Shown: positions 11,108-24,831 of the stretch, in pieces
Numbering within the stretch: position 1 is the stretch's first letter
Layout: each line of letters begins with the position of its first letter
NCBI RefSeq assembly: GCF_000181795.1
Contig: NW_003526941.1
Span: 7,629,741 to 7,693,740 of the forward strand
Origin: Trichinella spiralis
Lineage: Eukaryota
Length of the DNA: 64,000 nt
Reading direction: 5' to 3'
Program-made: the position numbers and the translations under genes
Notes under the pieces: model-generated
Seen by the model: only the letters and a program-made list of their open reading frames with translations
Databases searched by the model: none
What the model was told of the DNA's origin: nothing

Positions 11108-11780
11108 TGCCCTCAGGCTACGCCTGGGGCTATGCCACAGGCAATTTTTTGAAAATTTCAAAATTTTTTGAAATTTAGCCCTAGGCGTCGCCTCAGGCTA
11201 TGCCCCAGGGCAAATAAAAATTTGCATATTACCTCAGGCTACGCCGAAAGCATTTTATTGCACAATATTTGCCTTCAGGGGGATATGCAAATTTTCATTT
11301 TCTTTCAGGCTATGCCCAGGGCATTCCCTCAGGTATTTTTTTCAAAAATTTGCATAATTAGCACCCGGCTCTTTACTTCTGCAATTCGATACTTACATGT
11401 CCTTCCACTCAGCGTAGAGTAACGCCTCATACTTACCTTTACCTCAATATCGAACTTCAATCCCCTTCACTCTACGATATCATTCTTCTTTATACTTACC
11501 TGCACAACTTACCTTTNNNNNNNNNNNNNNNNNNNNNNNNNNNNNNNNNNNNNNNNNNNNNNNNNTTACCTTTTCCATTTTACTCACCTGCACCTTACCT
11601 TACTGCACAACTTACCTTTCCATTTTACTCACTGCACTTTACTTACCTTACTGCACAACTTACCTTTCCATTTTACTCACCTGCACCCTTACGTTATCGT
11701 ATTTACCTTCAGTACTTACCTGCTATCCATTTACCTGTACGCACTTTAATATATCCGCTTCGATTCTACTTACCTGCATT
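11108..11780. repeat. Core repeat copy C (partial) plus minus-strand donor minisatellite
   Basis: 11108-11360 matches 9292-9545; 11428-11780 repeats the acttacc/actcacc units across a 49-N gap. Confidence 0.88.
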
Positions 11781-12129
11781 ACTTTATCCACTTACTTTGA
11801 TGCTACGTACCAGTACTTTAGGCTCTCTACTGCTCTTAGTGAAGAATTTAATATAAACATGCCATGATTCTAAAATTCATAGTTGAATATAGTTATTACA
11901 GCCATATTAAAGAAATTGAAGACGAATAACAGCAGCATAAATAAAAAAATACGTTATTCGATGGGGATCATTCAAGATGCAGTTAAAACACACTAAAACT
12001 TTGAATACAAAGCAATTCTTCTACAAAAAATAATGCAATTCTTCCTTACCTTGCGTGACAAGGAAAAACATCAGAACCGTAGTAAACGCAATTTGAGAGT
12101 GCCATCGGCTGCGACTAAACAAAAATTTT

Positions 12130-13480
12130 CTGATGATGACGTAATCCATTGCAATAAAGAACAAAATGCTGGGATACCTGTTCTATTTATTTAAGATATT
12201 TCATTGCTGTCATAATATCAAATTCCTTCTTACTATTTGTGATAAGTAAAGACACACTGGGACGGGTAGAAAACGGAATTGAAACGCCAGGTGAACACTG
12301 GTTGGCATCAGTACGGGCTTCATGAGACGACATAATCCACAGCTATTATAAACAAAAACTACTTACTGATTTTTGACATATCACATTGGAAACGCACTCA
12401 TGAAAGATCTATACGGGGACCAGCGCTACGCGACTGTCTCAACGTAATCTGCTAGAATTACAATCATTTATTTCTTACTCTTATGATAAGTGAAACCACA
12501 CTAGTACCAATGATGAACGTCACTGCGTCAACTTCAAGTCAGAGGGCCATCAGAAGAAACATCGAATTCGCTTGATGTTAATGTAATGCTGTCATGGATA
12601 AAATGTGCACGCTTTACGTATACAACTGCAATCTGGAGGAAGTTAAATACTTACGGATGTTTGTGATGCCACATCTAGAATAAACTGAAGTGAACATGAC
12701 TGAGCACGGTGTCCAGAGCGAAAGGAAGTTGAAAACAGTTCAGCTAATGATGTTAACTGTCATTATAGATGTTATCTAATTCAATGCATGTAACACTCGC
12801 TTCTTTCAGCTATCTAATTAATCAAATTCAATACTTACTCATAAACGATACTATTTGTGATAAGCAAAGGCACACTGGAACGGCTAGGAAACGCCTTTAT
12901 GTCCATGTGAACAAGGGTTGCCAACAATACAAGCTTCATGGGATGACGTAACCTATTATTATTATAACGCTATTATAAACAAAAGCTACTCACTAATTTT
13001 TGTCATATCACATTCGAAACGCACTGACAGCACGAACACTGCTCGGCTGACTCAGCGAAATTGCTACAATTACAATTAATCCCTTCTTACTCTTGTGATA
13101 AGTGAAACCACACTAGAACAACTGGAAAACGTCACTGCACCAACTTCAACTTACTCAGAGCGCCATCAGAAAAAATATCGTATTCGCTTGACGCCAATGT
13201 AATGCTGTCATGGATAAAATGCGTACACTGTACGATGCAACTGCAATCGGGTGCAAATTCAATACTTACGGATGCCACATTTAGAACGAAATGATCTGAA
13301 CATGACTTATCACGGTGCCCAAAACAAATAAAACTCCATAAAAGCTCAGGTGATGACGTAATCTGTAATTACAGATTTTACCAAATTCTACATATATCTG
13401 ATACGCCCATCGTCTTGCTATCTAATGAAACAAAGTCAATACTTACTGTTTTTTGTCATACGTCTTTTGAACGCTATGTC
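12130..13480 (+). repeat. Diverged ~610-bp tandem repeat (~2.2 units) in right inner arm
   Basis: tgataagtgaaaccacactag at 12484 and 13096; gataag.aaag.cacactgg at 12241 and 12859; related blocks at ~12131/12747/13350. Confidence 0.8.
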
Positions 13481-13874
13481 AGCAACTTCAACAACCACTG
13501 TTCAACAACTTTTACCCGTCTTTAATGATAATAGATTGCATCTGTGCATTTTCAAAATGTAGCAAGGCAAATGTAATTTTCAATTCGTAGAAGAATTGAA
13601 TCAAGATAACCCAATCTATGATATCATATACATGATAATTTAATATTAATGCTGCAGTTAGAATGAAAGTAATGTGGCGCTATTGGCACTGCAACCTACA
13701 ACCTAAATTTAACAGAAAAATTCAAGTGAAAAGCAAGGCAAATTTATCATGATGCATAGTTACCATATTCAGTTAGTTTTCAGATACAGTTCGTTTCACA
13801 TTCATTGATATGAATATAGAAGAATGTCAATTCTGAAAGTAAATTATATCACAAAATATAAAACAATGAATTCC

Positions 13875-16287
13875 TTCTTCTTCAGCATCTGATGTACCTG
13901 AAAGTTAGCAATAACAACAATGGAAAAGAAACCCGTCAGTTCCCATTCACCATATAAGTATAGTAACATGCATAGCATGCCACCACCAAAATATCAAATC
14001 CAACTTACCAGTTATTCATGGATGGTGTTGAAGAGCGGAATTATAGTTGACCACGTGCTAGATTGATAGCATTGCAGTAAACTGCATAACCTAATAAAAT
14101 CGATGTGCTTGGTCAATTGTATAATAAGTAAATTATGCAAATGACTATTTACTTTGCTTCACGAAGAGCAACTCAATTCTCCTTCAGTAATAGCGCACTA
14201 AAATAAACAATATGACCAACATTATGAAACGAGACGATGAAATTTATTACGTTTCTATTTACACGCTTCATATTACTATGTAATAGCGCATTGTTATGCA
14301 AATTTTTTCCCTAAAATTACCTAAAAGGAAATATTATTAACCTGAAGCATCGCAAATTGCTAAAAATAAACGGAAATGCTATCACTGCGTATTTATGCAT
14401 GTTGTGTAATTTAGTTGCTTGAAAGTACAAGGTGATTCAATAATTTATATTTTATCAATGTTTTTCATTTAATCAAAATTATATGGATAATAAAAAATAG
14501 CTTTCACTGAAAATAGTTTCAAAAATAAAATACGTATTCAGATTTATGGAAAATTAAACAGTTGTTATGAAATTTTATGATGATAACTGCGACAGAAATT
14601 TTATAATATACAATGTATCTCAGCAAAGAATTTAACAAGTGCGCAGCGTAGACATCATGATGGTAAGCGGCTGCACCAGTGGGTATGCATGCCACTTGAC
14701 AGCTTATTTACTATTAAAATTTTGCTTTAGCTAAACTTTTGTTTACACATTATGATGATTTATAGTAAGACTGCAAAATTGGTTGAGCACTGCATCAGCG
14801 CGCCACATACAATGTGAGATAAAACTACCTGCAGAAATTAAGTAACTCAACGATTTGCACTGAATTCAAGAAACTTATGCAGGTGACAATTCTGTATTGG
14901 ATTTTATGAAAAGAATAAAACGAAAGAATCAGGAGTAGCCTGGATTTGGTTATATTTTTAGTCGACAGCAATTATCAGAAATTAGATTTATATGAGATGA
15001 AAACAGCTAAGTGCTGTTCATTCAACTCGAAATAGGGGGTGGGAAGAATTTTCAGTTTAATGCGATCTCTGTTCAGCTTAGTATTATTACGAGCTCAATG
15101 ATGGGGATCATTAGAAAGGAAAGGAGGGCGGGACAGCATAGCAGGAAGGAATGAGGGAGAAGTTGAAGGATGGAGGAGGTGGAAGTTGTCATATGCGTTC
15201 TTCCACTCAATCTTCACGTATAATATTCAGGCGTAGGTTCATTTATCAATACTGACAACATTTATGGGCATTGAGTTATTTTCTCAATGACAGAAAATAG
15301 GTGCATCTGTATAAGTCAGTGCTATTGGCGGTACAATGCCATAATGGAAACTTTAAGGAGTCATTTCAAAAATGAAGGGAACGTTACTGCCATTCTGAAC
15401 GTATCAAAGGTGGTAGTATAAAAGTGTGTTCTCTAGGTAACAGCGCTTTCATACGTCATGCTGAAACAATCTTGTGCACGATTTGAGCAGTGACAAGCAT
15501 TTAGACGTGCGATTGTGCGATTGCAGTATCCCGGTGACAGACATTTCCTTTAAACAACTGGGCAAGTATGTTACTTTTGCAATAAACATTACAGGGGGCA
15601 GTAAAGATAATGCGGGAGGGGTTCAACTGCTATGTCAGAGTACTACTTTACAAATGGATTTGTAAGGACTGTCTCGAATATTAGTTGAACATCATTACTG
15701 AAAAACAACGCGCTAGTTTCCATTCAAAAAGACTAAAATCAAACAACTACGAAAAGCTTAAAAAGCGCGCATGTTTAGTGCAGTGTGCCAAGAGAAAAAA
15801 AGAAAACATTGTATGAAAAATAGCAAATACATGAAAATTCATACCTGTCAGCAAACCTGTCATGGATGACGTATAAAGGAAACGTAGAGTCATACATTTT
15901 GTAACTGATGTTCGTGGTTTCTTCGTATTTTTAGTCTAACAATCACAACGCAATTGTTGCAGTGAAGCATCGAAATGACCAAATAACGCAGTGCAGTAAG
16001 TAAATAGACCGCCCTTCAGCAGCAAACATTTATACTATACTGCAGTTCTCTCAATAAACAGAAATTTATATAAATATAAAAATCACAAAATTTGAATAGC
16101 ACAAAGTGCACGTAGCAGAATGCCAACGGCAATGCTTGCCATCACATTTGCATAAAGTTACTCTTCTGACCTAGAAATGTATGTATGCCTTGAAAACGTA
16201 TAGTAACAATGTAATGAGCCAACACCAAATGTTATAATAATTACTGAACAACAACAAAATCCTGAATACGTTACAGATCAAAGCCAC
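13875..16287 (-). repeat. Right outer arm of large inverted repeat
   Basis: Reverse complement of 1960-4050 at high identity, with an extra ~345-bp segment at ~14654-14997. Confidence 0.95.
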
Positions 16288-16789
16288 TATCTATCACAAA
16301 TAATATTATGGCGTAAATTAAAGAATTATAAAATAGTGTCTTACCTAAATGGGGCTTCACTGGCTCGATAATAATTTGTCGCAATATTCAGCAAAATTCA
16401 TTCATTAATTTAATGGAACTGATATTTGGAGAAAGAAAATTAAAAAAACATGCAAATGTACAACATTAGAAGAAAGAAAGTGAAAATCAAATTAATAAAA
16501 AGAAATAATAGGAGAAATGAAAAAATGAATAAAATGTGTAAAGTAAAGTAAAGAAAAATAAAGTATGAACGAATGAAAAAAACTGAAAAATGAAAATAAA
16601 ATTAAAAAATTTGCTTTGGAAATGGTACAAAATTAAACTATGTAAAAAAAGAAAAAGAAAAATTACAACATGAACAAAAATTAAAAATTATTTCGACACA
16701 TTAAAGCAGTTGCATACATAAATTTTGCTGCGTGAAAGACCAAGTACTGCATTAATTCAAAACTCAGCCATGCAGGCTGGTCGTTAACT

Positions 16790-18200
16790 TAATTACAATT
16801 ATGGGATAACTTCACCCTTTCAAAGTATCCCAATCCCAGACCTACAGAATTTGGGTCCCAGGAACTCTGTCTTCTCTTGTTCTGCTTCGTGTGGTCCGCG
16901 ATCTGCTGCGTTCGTCCGCGTTGTCGCTTTTTCTTTTCTTTATTGGTTATATCTGTAGAAATGCNNNNNNNNNNGCATTGATTCAATATTTCAGTCATGC
17001 AGACTGGTAGTCATGTTAATATTCATTTATGGGATTACTTCACCTCTTCACAGTATCCCAATCCCAGACCTGCAGAATTTGGGTCCCAGGAACTCTGTCT
17101 TCTCTTGTTCTGCTTCGTGTGGTCCGCGATCTGCTGCGTTTCGTCCGCGTTGTCGCTTTTTCTTTTCTTTATTGGTTATATCTGTAAAAATGCTAAATAA
17201 TAAATGAAAAATTTTCTTGCTTTCTCAAATTTTAATTTACTTAAAAAAGGAATCCAAATGCACATTTAAATTTACCCCGCCATAATAAAAAAATTGACTT
17301 AGTCGAAACACGCCTCTCCATATCTGAATTTCAGATTTGAAAATTCAAAAATGACCTACATAAATGGAACTCATCGCAAAATCTTTTCACTAAAATAGTA
17401 GCAAACTCGCTGCGTATGCTGACAAAGTTAATCATCAAACAAGAAAATGTAACTTCCCACATGTCAGTGATTATGCGAAATCGAGAAAAATAATAGAATG
17501 TGATAATAAACTTAAGTAACTTTCTGTCATTCTAAAGATGAAGTTTTACCTAATCTTAATATGAAAAAGGAAAAGTACAGTTTTAATGTGAAAATACCTT
17601 ATTCATATATTACATATTACAAACGTGGGTAATTCCATTAAACTAAGGAATAACTTCACCCTTTCGAAGTATTATTAGCCCTGCTTCAGAGAATCACAAG
17701 AAATCGCATTTACCTCTTCTCTTCTCTTGTTCTGCTTCGTGTCGTCCGTGTTTTCACATTTTCTTTGCTCCATTCTTTAAACGTGTAATAATGATATTAA
17801 ATCAAAACTGTCTTCACTTTATCACAAAATAGAGATTACAACAAATATAATAATTAACTGCTATTTAATTAAAAAAAACTGTTTACAAAATGAATATACA
17901 AAGTTTTAAAAAAATAACAAGCAGAAAAGTGGAATACTTGTCTGTAAATCTGAAACGGCCTTCAGCANNNNNNNNNNNNNNNNNNNNNNNNNNNNNNNNN
18001 NNNNNNNNNNNNNNNNNNNNNNNNNNNNNNNNNNNNNNNNNNNNNNNNNNNNNNNNNNNNNNNNNNNNNNNNNNNNNNNNNNNNNNNNNNNNNNNNNNNN
18101 NNNCATCCCCTGATTATTAGCCCTGCTTCGGACAACATTTAATGGCATTTACCTCTTCTCTTCTCTTGTACTGCTTCTAGTCGTCCTTGTTATCCCATGT
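16790..18200 (-). repeat. Four degenerate copies of a short exon-like block (tctcttgttctgcttc core)
   Basis: Copies near 16790-16964, 17030-17195, 17650-17770, 18105-18200; an indel between copies 1 and 2 shifts the frame. Confidence 0.7.
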
Positions 18201-20348
18201 TCATAGTTCCCTTATTAATACATTTGTTGTGAAATTTCATTTCTTCTGCTTCATTTGGTTGATTAAATGGATTACAAAATTGACAAGATTGAACTGCTGA
18301 TTAATTAGAATTTGATGGGTACAAAATGAAAATTTTCAGATTGAGTCGCAGAATGTTTTTTTTGAATGAATACTTGTCTGAAAGATAGACACGAGCTTCA
18401 GTTTATTTTTTTAGTGTAATGTGTTTTTCAAACGTTCAACGACGCTACTAATTGCCTATCAATCTTTCGATCGAACCCCCCCTTACTATTGATTATGAAA
18501 CGTTATACTCATCTGTTATTGTTTATAGCTGCGTTCTACATCGGTTCTTAATGAATTATCACATTTGGCTGACTATAAATTCTTACCTAAGCTGCGTTGG
18601 AATATGAACAGAAGAAATGCACTGCTAAATTCTACCGGTAAGAAAAGGACTATTTGAAAATTCAAAAATGACCTTGACCATTCAAATTCAGTCAAAATAT
18701 AAACTATCGTACAAAAAACGCAATAACAAAAAAATTGACTTAGCCACACGCCTTAACTTGAACTTTGAAAATTCAAAAATGACCTACATAAATGGAACTC
18801 ATTGGAAAAAAGTAAAAAGATTGCAGCAGAATAAAACGTTTACGGCTGCGCTGGTATGATTTTGCTGATGACGTGATTCTACATTTAAGGTTGCGAATAT
18901 TGTTTTCTGAACGTGAAGCTGTCGAACTTGTTTACCATAATTTTCATGCAAATTTTCAAGCATGGCCTTGACGTTTGTTTGCTTTTCACTTAGTATAGCT
19001 CACCACTAGCCTGAACTTTTAATATATCTATAAAACTGCATCCAATGCGTATGCATCACTGGGTTAAGTTTGTTAGTATGAAACAACAAAAAACAAAATA
19101 AATCACAATTTCATAAAACTGATATACACTGAATGTTAAAGAACAAAAACATATTTTAACGTTCTCATTATGGTGATGCATTATGAAATTTGCAAAAATT
19201 AACTGAAGAAAACTGAGATTCGGTTTTCAAATAAAACTGCGATGTATAAAAGGCATTTAATTTGCAACAAGTTGTCGAATTATTGAAAGAGCGCAAGCGT
19301 TTCTCACAAATATGCATTCGAATAGGAAAGTTTTCAAGTCCAAATCAGGTACAGTAATTTAAAAGGCAAAAGGTTCTATTGCTATCGAAAATCAAATTTC
19401 AGCAATTATGCGATCAAATGTTGCAAAATTCAAATAAATAAACAAAAGTATATTTGCATTTTCTATGGATGATCATCCTTGTATACGAATAACAAAAAAT
19501 CATATAACTACAGTGACACTACAAATTAGAATTGTTGAAAAAAATTGTCATTTTATTTAAACAATGATGAAAAAAAAGTACGTATTGCTGTTAATTTAGC
19601 ATCTATCTATCTATCTATCTCTCTATGTGGGCAAGATTTCATCTCAATGATGGATAACAGCTTTCGCGTTCTGACTGAATGAAAATTAATTTAAGATTAA
19701 GCGCAGAATAAAAAAATGCAGACAGAATCTGCTCAGCTTGTTGAATTTGAATGAATAATCTGTTAAAAATAATTTCCACACAGGGATAGTTCATTTTCAT
19801 ATTTTCTTTTATAAACTGTATGTACGTACACTGCTTCCATTTATTCAGCTGGTGTACAACTTTGCTACAAATTCAAATTCACAGAAATTTGCTCGTGTAA
19901 TATTTTCAAATTTATTTGTTACACATCACTTTCTTCTTTTTGTAATTTTTTCCTTTTGAACAAAAGACATCTTCAAAAACTTCTCATTCAAACACAGCTT
20001 CAAATTTACAACAGCTAACAAGTGTACAAAACAACTGCATGCAGTTTGAAGAAAAGAGAGAGAGAGAGTGAGTGAGTGAGTAAGAAAAAGAGGGAAAAAA
20101 CAAAAGATGAGGAGAAGAATCTCATGGTTCTTCCTGTTCAATTTTGCATGAGATGTTTGCTGAATGTTTGCAATTTGCAATGAAATGATTTGACTGATAA
20201 AGAGTGAAAAGAGGACAATAAAAGCATGGATGGACGATAGATAGATATGGACACAGAATGTGGACGACAAGTTGCGCTTGATACATGATATAATTTTTCA
20301 GTTATTGCTGTGGTTCTGAAATGGTTGCCGGGCACAGTGCAAATTTGC

Positions 20349-23300
20349 CTAACAAACTCCATTACTCAAGCCGATCGATTCCAAATTAGCGCATTTGTCA
20401 AACGCCAAATGCAGGGACCGTTTGGAGCACTGATCCGCCAAATCGTCCAGTATGGTCATCGACTGTTGATGAGAGCCCTTCCCTTCCGGTGTAGTTGATG
20501 GAGATGAGTTCGGCCTGCTCTTGCACGGACTCACGGGTTGGTCTATTGTTTCGTGCGATGTTACACTTCGACGATACTTTGCTCTTGCATTCTGAAACCA
20601 CACCTACAACAAATAAAATTCCATTTCCCACCGTCCAATACGTAAGATTCTCATAATTGTTTTCCGTTTGTTGAAAACAAAAATTGATGTGAATGTAAGA
20701 TAAAAGAAATTGTTCATAAAATACTTGCAATATTCTTTTAGTTAGTCCTGTTTTCTGGGCTAATTGTTTCAAATCTTTCGCGTCAGGATTGTGATTCATC
20801 TGGAAATAAGCTTTCATCGTTCTCAACTGCTGCTGCTTAAATGAAGTTCTCATGCGCTTGGGTCGCATAATCTGCATACCAGATGAACTATGACAACGGC
20901 TGTTTTCTTCTGATGATTTTTCTACACTGCAATCACTGTCAGCTAAAAAGTTCCACCAATAACAACAAATCATCCGAGTTGTTGCCGTGATTTTTAAACA
21001 AAAATTCTCCATCCCTCACTATATGAACTTTACAAAACAACATCAAATTATGGATAAATTATATATATATATATATATATACATATAGTTGAATAAGTGC
21101 TCTAAGTGAGGAAAATTTCATACAATTCATTCAATCGTTGCAGTAAAATTTTTACACCTTGAATTCAAGGTATCATTTTGATCAATTTAAGGCTGAAGTA
21201 AAATTTCAAATTACTGAACATACCTGCAATGCTTATATTATATGGATTTGTTCAAATTTTTTATACTCCATAATTTCAAAGCTCGAAAACAGTTAAATAA
21301 TAAACAAAGCTACTAACAATAATTTCAATTTTGATATACAAATTCAGGAGGAGATAAATGAGAAACGGCATCTGTATATTCAATAAAACTGGCTTGCAGT
21401 TTGTGAACAGACAGAAAATACATAAAACTTTAACTGCTGCCAAATTGTATCCTGTTGTTTATACTTTATTCAATAAATAATAATATTCATTATTAAATAC
21501 AAATTTTTTCTTTTAAAATTTCATCAACAGTCCAAATGGTAATTAATGGTGAAGTGGAAACATAATGTTTGCATGAAAAAATTTCTACTCCACCCCAAAC
21601 GCCTTCTTTCTCCTGTCGATAAATCATTCTGTATCCGACTATTTGCTCCTGTAAGAACTGAGTCAACGTATGCTACAGCTGCACTAACAGAACGTGTGAA
21701 CTGTTTAAAATTTGGCATTTCAAAATTCATCTGTTTGCATTGCTATTTTATTCTCAAAGAAAAGCAGATATGAAAATGATTCATCGTTCATTCACACATC
21801 ATTGCTCATGTTGTAAAGCACTGCAAATTTAGGTAAATGTTATTTATCAGTTATTGTTTAGATAAATAATACAATAATAAAACAGGATGTCTATCAAATA
21901 AGTGTTTCTGATTAATAATTTGATATTGAATTCATTTTCGATACTGAATTGTGCAATCTTAATTTTTCATTTTATTTAAAAGATTTATATTATTTTATCA
22001 ATAGAATTTGTGCAAAATTGAATTGCGCAGCATTTTCACCGTGTTTCACTACATTTCGATGACAACTTAAATTCGAAAGTTAGTTGGTTTGAAAATTTCA
22101 TATTTTATGTCAGTAAAGTTTAAAAGGTTTACTGTATAATCATGAAGCTGTGAATTCACGTATTGATTATTAGTAGAAACACTTTCTCCAGCTTAGCAAC
22201 CAGCACACGCATGATCAGCGTATATCCCACAAGCGGCGGCAACAGCTCGAATTGCAAATGAATAGGCTTAGAAACTAATTTGCGTCACAAGCGAAAATAA
22301 GCATAGAAAAATATTTCTGATTTTGAAACAGCTATCTCTAAAAGACACCTACGGTAACTCCCGAGCAGAGCAGTTGTTGGTTGATTCATTTTCATGATGC
22401 CAATTAGGAGAAACGCCACCACTGTTCAGTGGTTATAAAAGATGTTGAAAAAATTCCAATTTCACCGCAGTACTTCAAGCAACAAATCTCACAAGTCACA
22501 TTTAAAGATTAACTAACTATAAAATGGAAAGTAAACTAAATTATCCAACCAAAAACTATCATCATAAAAATTAAATACTGATAGAAATTACAGTTTGAAA
22601 AAAATAATACTAAACAAATATTCTGTTCATTTTGAACTGCAGATCTGCTGAAAGATTGAAATTTGATAAATATTAATAAAACTTTTCAATTTTCAACAAA
22701 ACCACATTCAGTTTGATAACATTTGAAATGTATGATAAACTTTACACAACTACAGACTGCACAGCTAGAGCAAATATATGAACTCGTCCCATCTTAAACA
22801 GTGCGTTAAATAAAGCAAACATTTATTTGCTTTAACTTTTTTATTACAGAAAAGAAGCATTTTCATCAAAACGGACCAGTTAGTTACTTTTCATCTTTAG
22901 TGAATAAATGGGAAATTTATTTTCTCTCAAATTAACAAACAGCAAGGCTGAAAACTTATTTTACAAGCAGAGATCTGTATTGAAAGTTCTTATTTATTCA
23001 ACAACCTCGCATACCATTTTCACCAATTTTAGCAAACTCTGAAGATGTGCAAAATGTCACCTTTGAAAAATCAAACAATCATTTAATGTGAAATTAGCAA
23101 ACGCAAGCTGGAAAGTTATTATTTACCAAAGAGGTGCTGCTAACATTTTCAATTAATTTCAGAACAGTGAGAAGTATATATCATATTGTTGGAAAAATAT
23201 GTTTCAAAATTGGTTAAAATATTTTGAAAATAATATTTTACACATGCTCTTTCAATTTTTTCAATAAGCTGAAGACAAGGAGTTAGAGAAAGGATTAAAC

Positions 23301-24831
23301 TTCATTGAACTAAGCTAGTGGTGAGGATATTTTGCCTCATTCTAAATGTGGTAAAATAAATTTCACAAAAACTTTTAACTTCACCACATTTAACTTTAAA
23401 ATTTGCAAAGAAGAATGCGAGATGCAAAAATAAATAATTAAATTAAGCATTTTTACATGCAGCTGATTAGTCTACGTGTACAAAGTTGTTTTAATGTTTG
23501 CTATGATGATTTGATAAATTTTCATGATTATGTAACCACTTGACAATAATTAATAAGTACGTGAAAATTAAATTAAATTAAATTAAATTACAAAAACGCA
23601 AATTTTCTCTTTCAACAATTACCACCTATTTAAGAAGACTTATTCAAATTATTTAACATAAAGCCACCACTGTAGTCTACTTATGAATCACATTTTCATT
23701 TAGATGAAGAATGTGTTGACATAACTGTTTTTTGAATATCAAATTTAAAAATTCAAATACAGTTCATTTGAATTGGAAAACAATATTATATTTCCAATGA
23801 TTTACAGCTTGTGCGATCAGTGATCACTTCGACGTCATTCATTTCAACAAGCTCGTAAGAATTGCAATGACACTGTTTGCTGTGCTTGATCAATTAACAC
23901 CTATGTGAATTGCTAGCGTTCAACCTAGCGACAACCTACAGTTGTGATTAAACACAAAGAATTCGCCAAGCTTATAATGTAGATCACTTGCATAAGTGAT
24001 ATGACTGAAAATGGTAAATAAACTATCTAAACGATGCACTGTGAGAGGACTTTCGTTGAAAATAATGAATGATATTATAAACAAAACGGAAAATGGAAAT
24101 TATTGTGTACAAAAAATTAAAATAAAACGTTTCTCTCGTGCGAATGAAAAGCATTACCTGACATTGGTTTCAATTGTTCCACAGTCACCTTGCGCCTTCT
24201 TGGACGACCCTTCGATCGTGGCTTCTCTGTGGAGTGTGATACAGACCAATAGGGACCGGTACCGGCTTGGCATGTCACTGGTGATGCATTTCCATGCTCA
24301 TTTGCTGACCATGTACCACCACAGTGCGCATTGCAGTATATTAGGCCGTTGTTCCCCAAACCAAAAAGGCTTCCGGGTTGCATCGGAACGTTGCAAACAA
24401 CGCACGTAAAGCAATGCAAATGGAATACATAATCTCGAGCGCGCATTACTAAATCTTTGGGCAAGACTACCCGATTACACCTGGAACAGCGTTTAGAAAA
24501 CTGCCTGAAATTGTAAAGCAGTTTATAAAAAAATGTCGACACTGTAAAAATAAATCTCCTTACTTAGAATAATCTTCTTTGCAGAAAATCAAGTCTCCTC
24601 GACTGAAGCAGGTGAGCTCAGTTTCCAAACTACAACGGCATACACAACAACGAAGGCAGTGAATATGCCAAGATCTTTCAGCGACAAGCAAATAAAATTG
24701 GTCAGTTATGGTCGCTTGACAACCTGAACACTGAAGCTCCATTCCTAAAGGTCCCATCTTTTGCAAAACATTCGCCGTTGCTTCACCCAGCTTGCAGCAC
24801 GATTCGCTTGTAAAACGTTCACTATCTGACA
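20349..24831 (-). CDS. ttx-3: LIM-homeobox transcription factor, Lhx2/9 (apterous/TTX-3) class; first exon(s) not located
   Basis: Phase-compatible exons 24831-24564 (LIM1), 24504-24158 (LIM2, KGRPRRRK), 20942-20725 and 20603-20349. Homeodomain KRMRTSFKQQQLRTMKAYFQMNHNPDAKDLKQLAQKTGLTKRILQVWFQNARAKYRR is diagnostic of Lhx2/9. Confidence 0.93.

Noticed and set aside
7838..11780. CRISPR-like array
   Set aside because: Eukaryotic context, no unique spacers, no cas genes.
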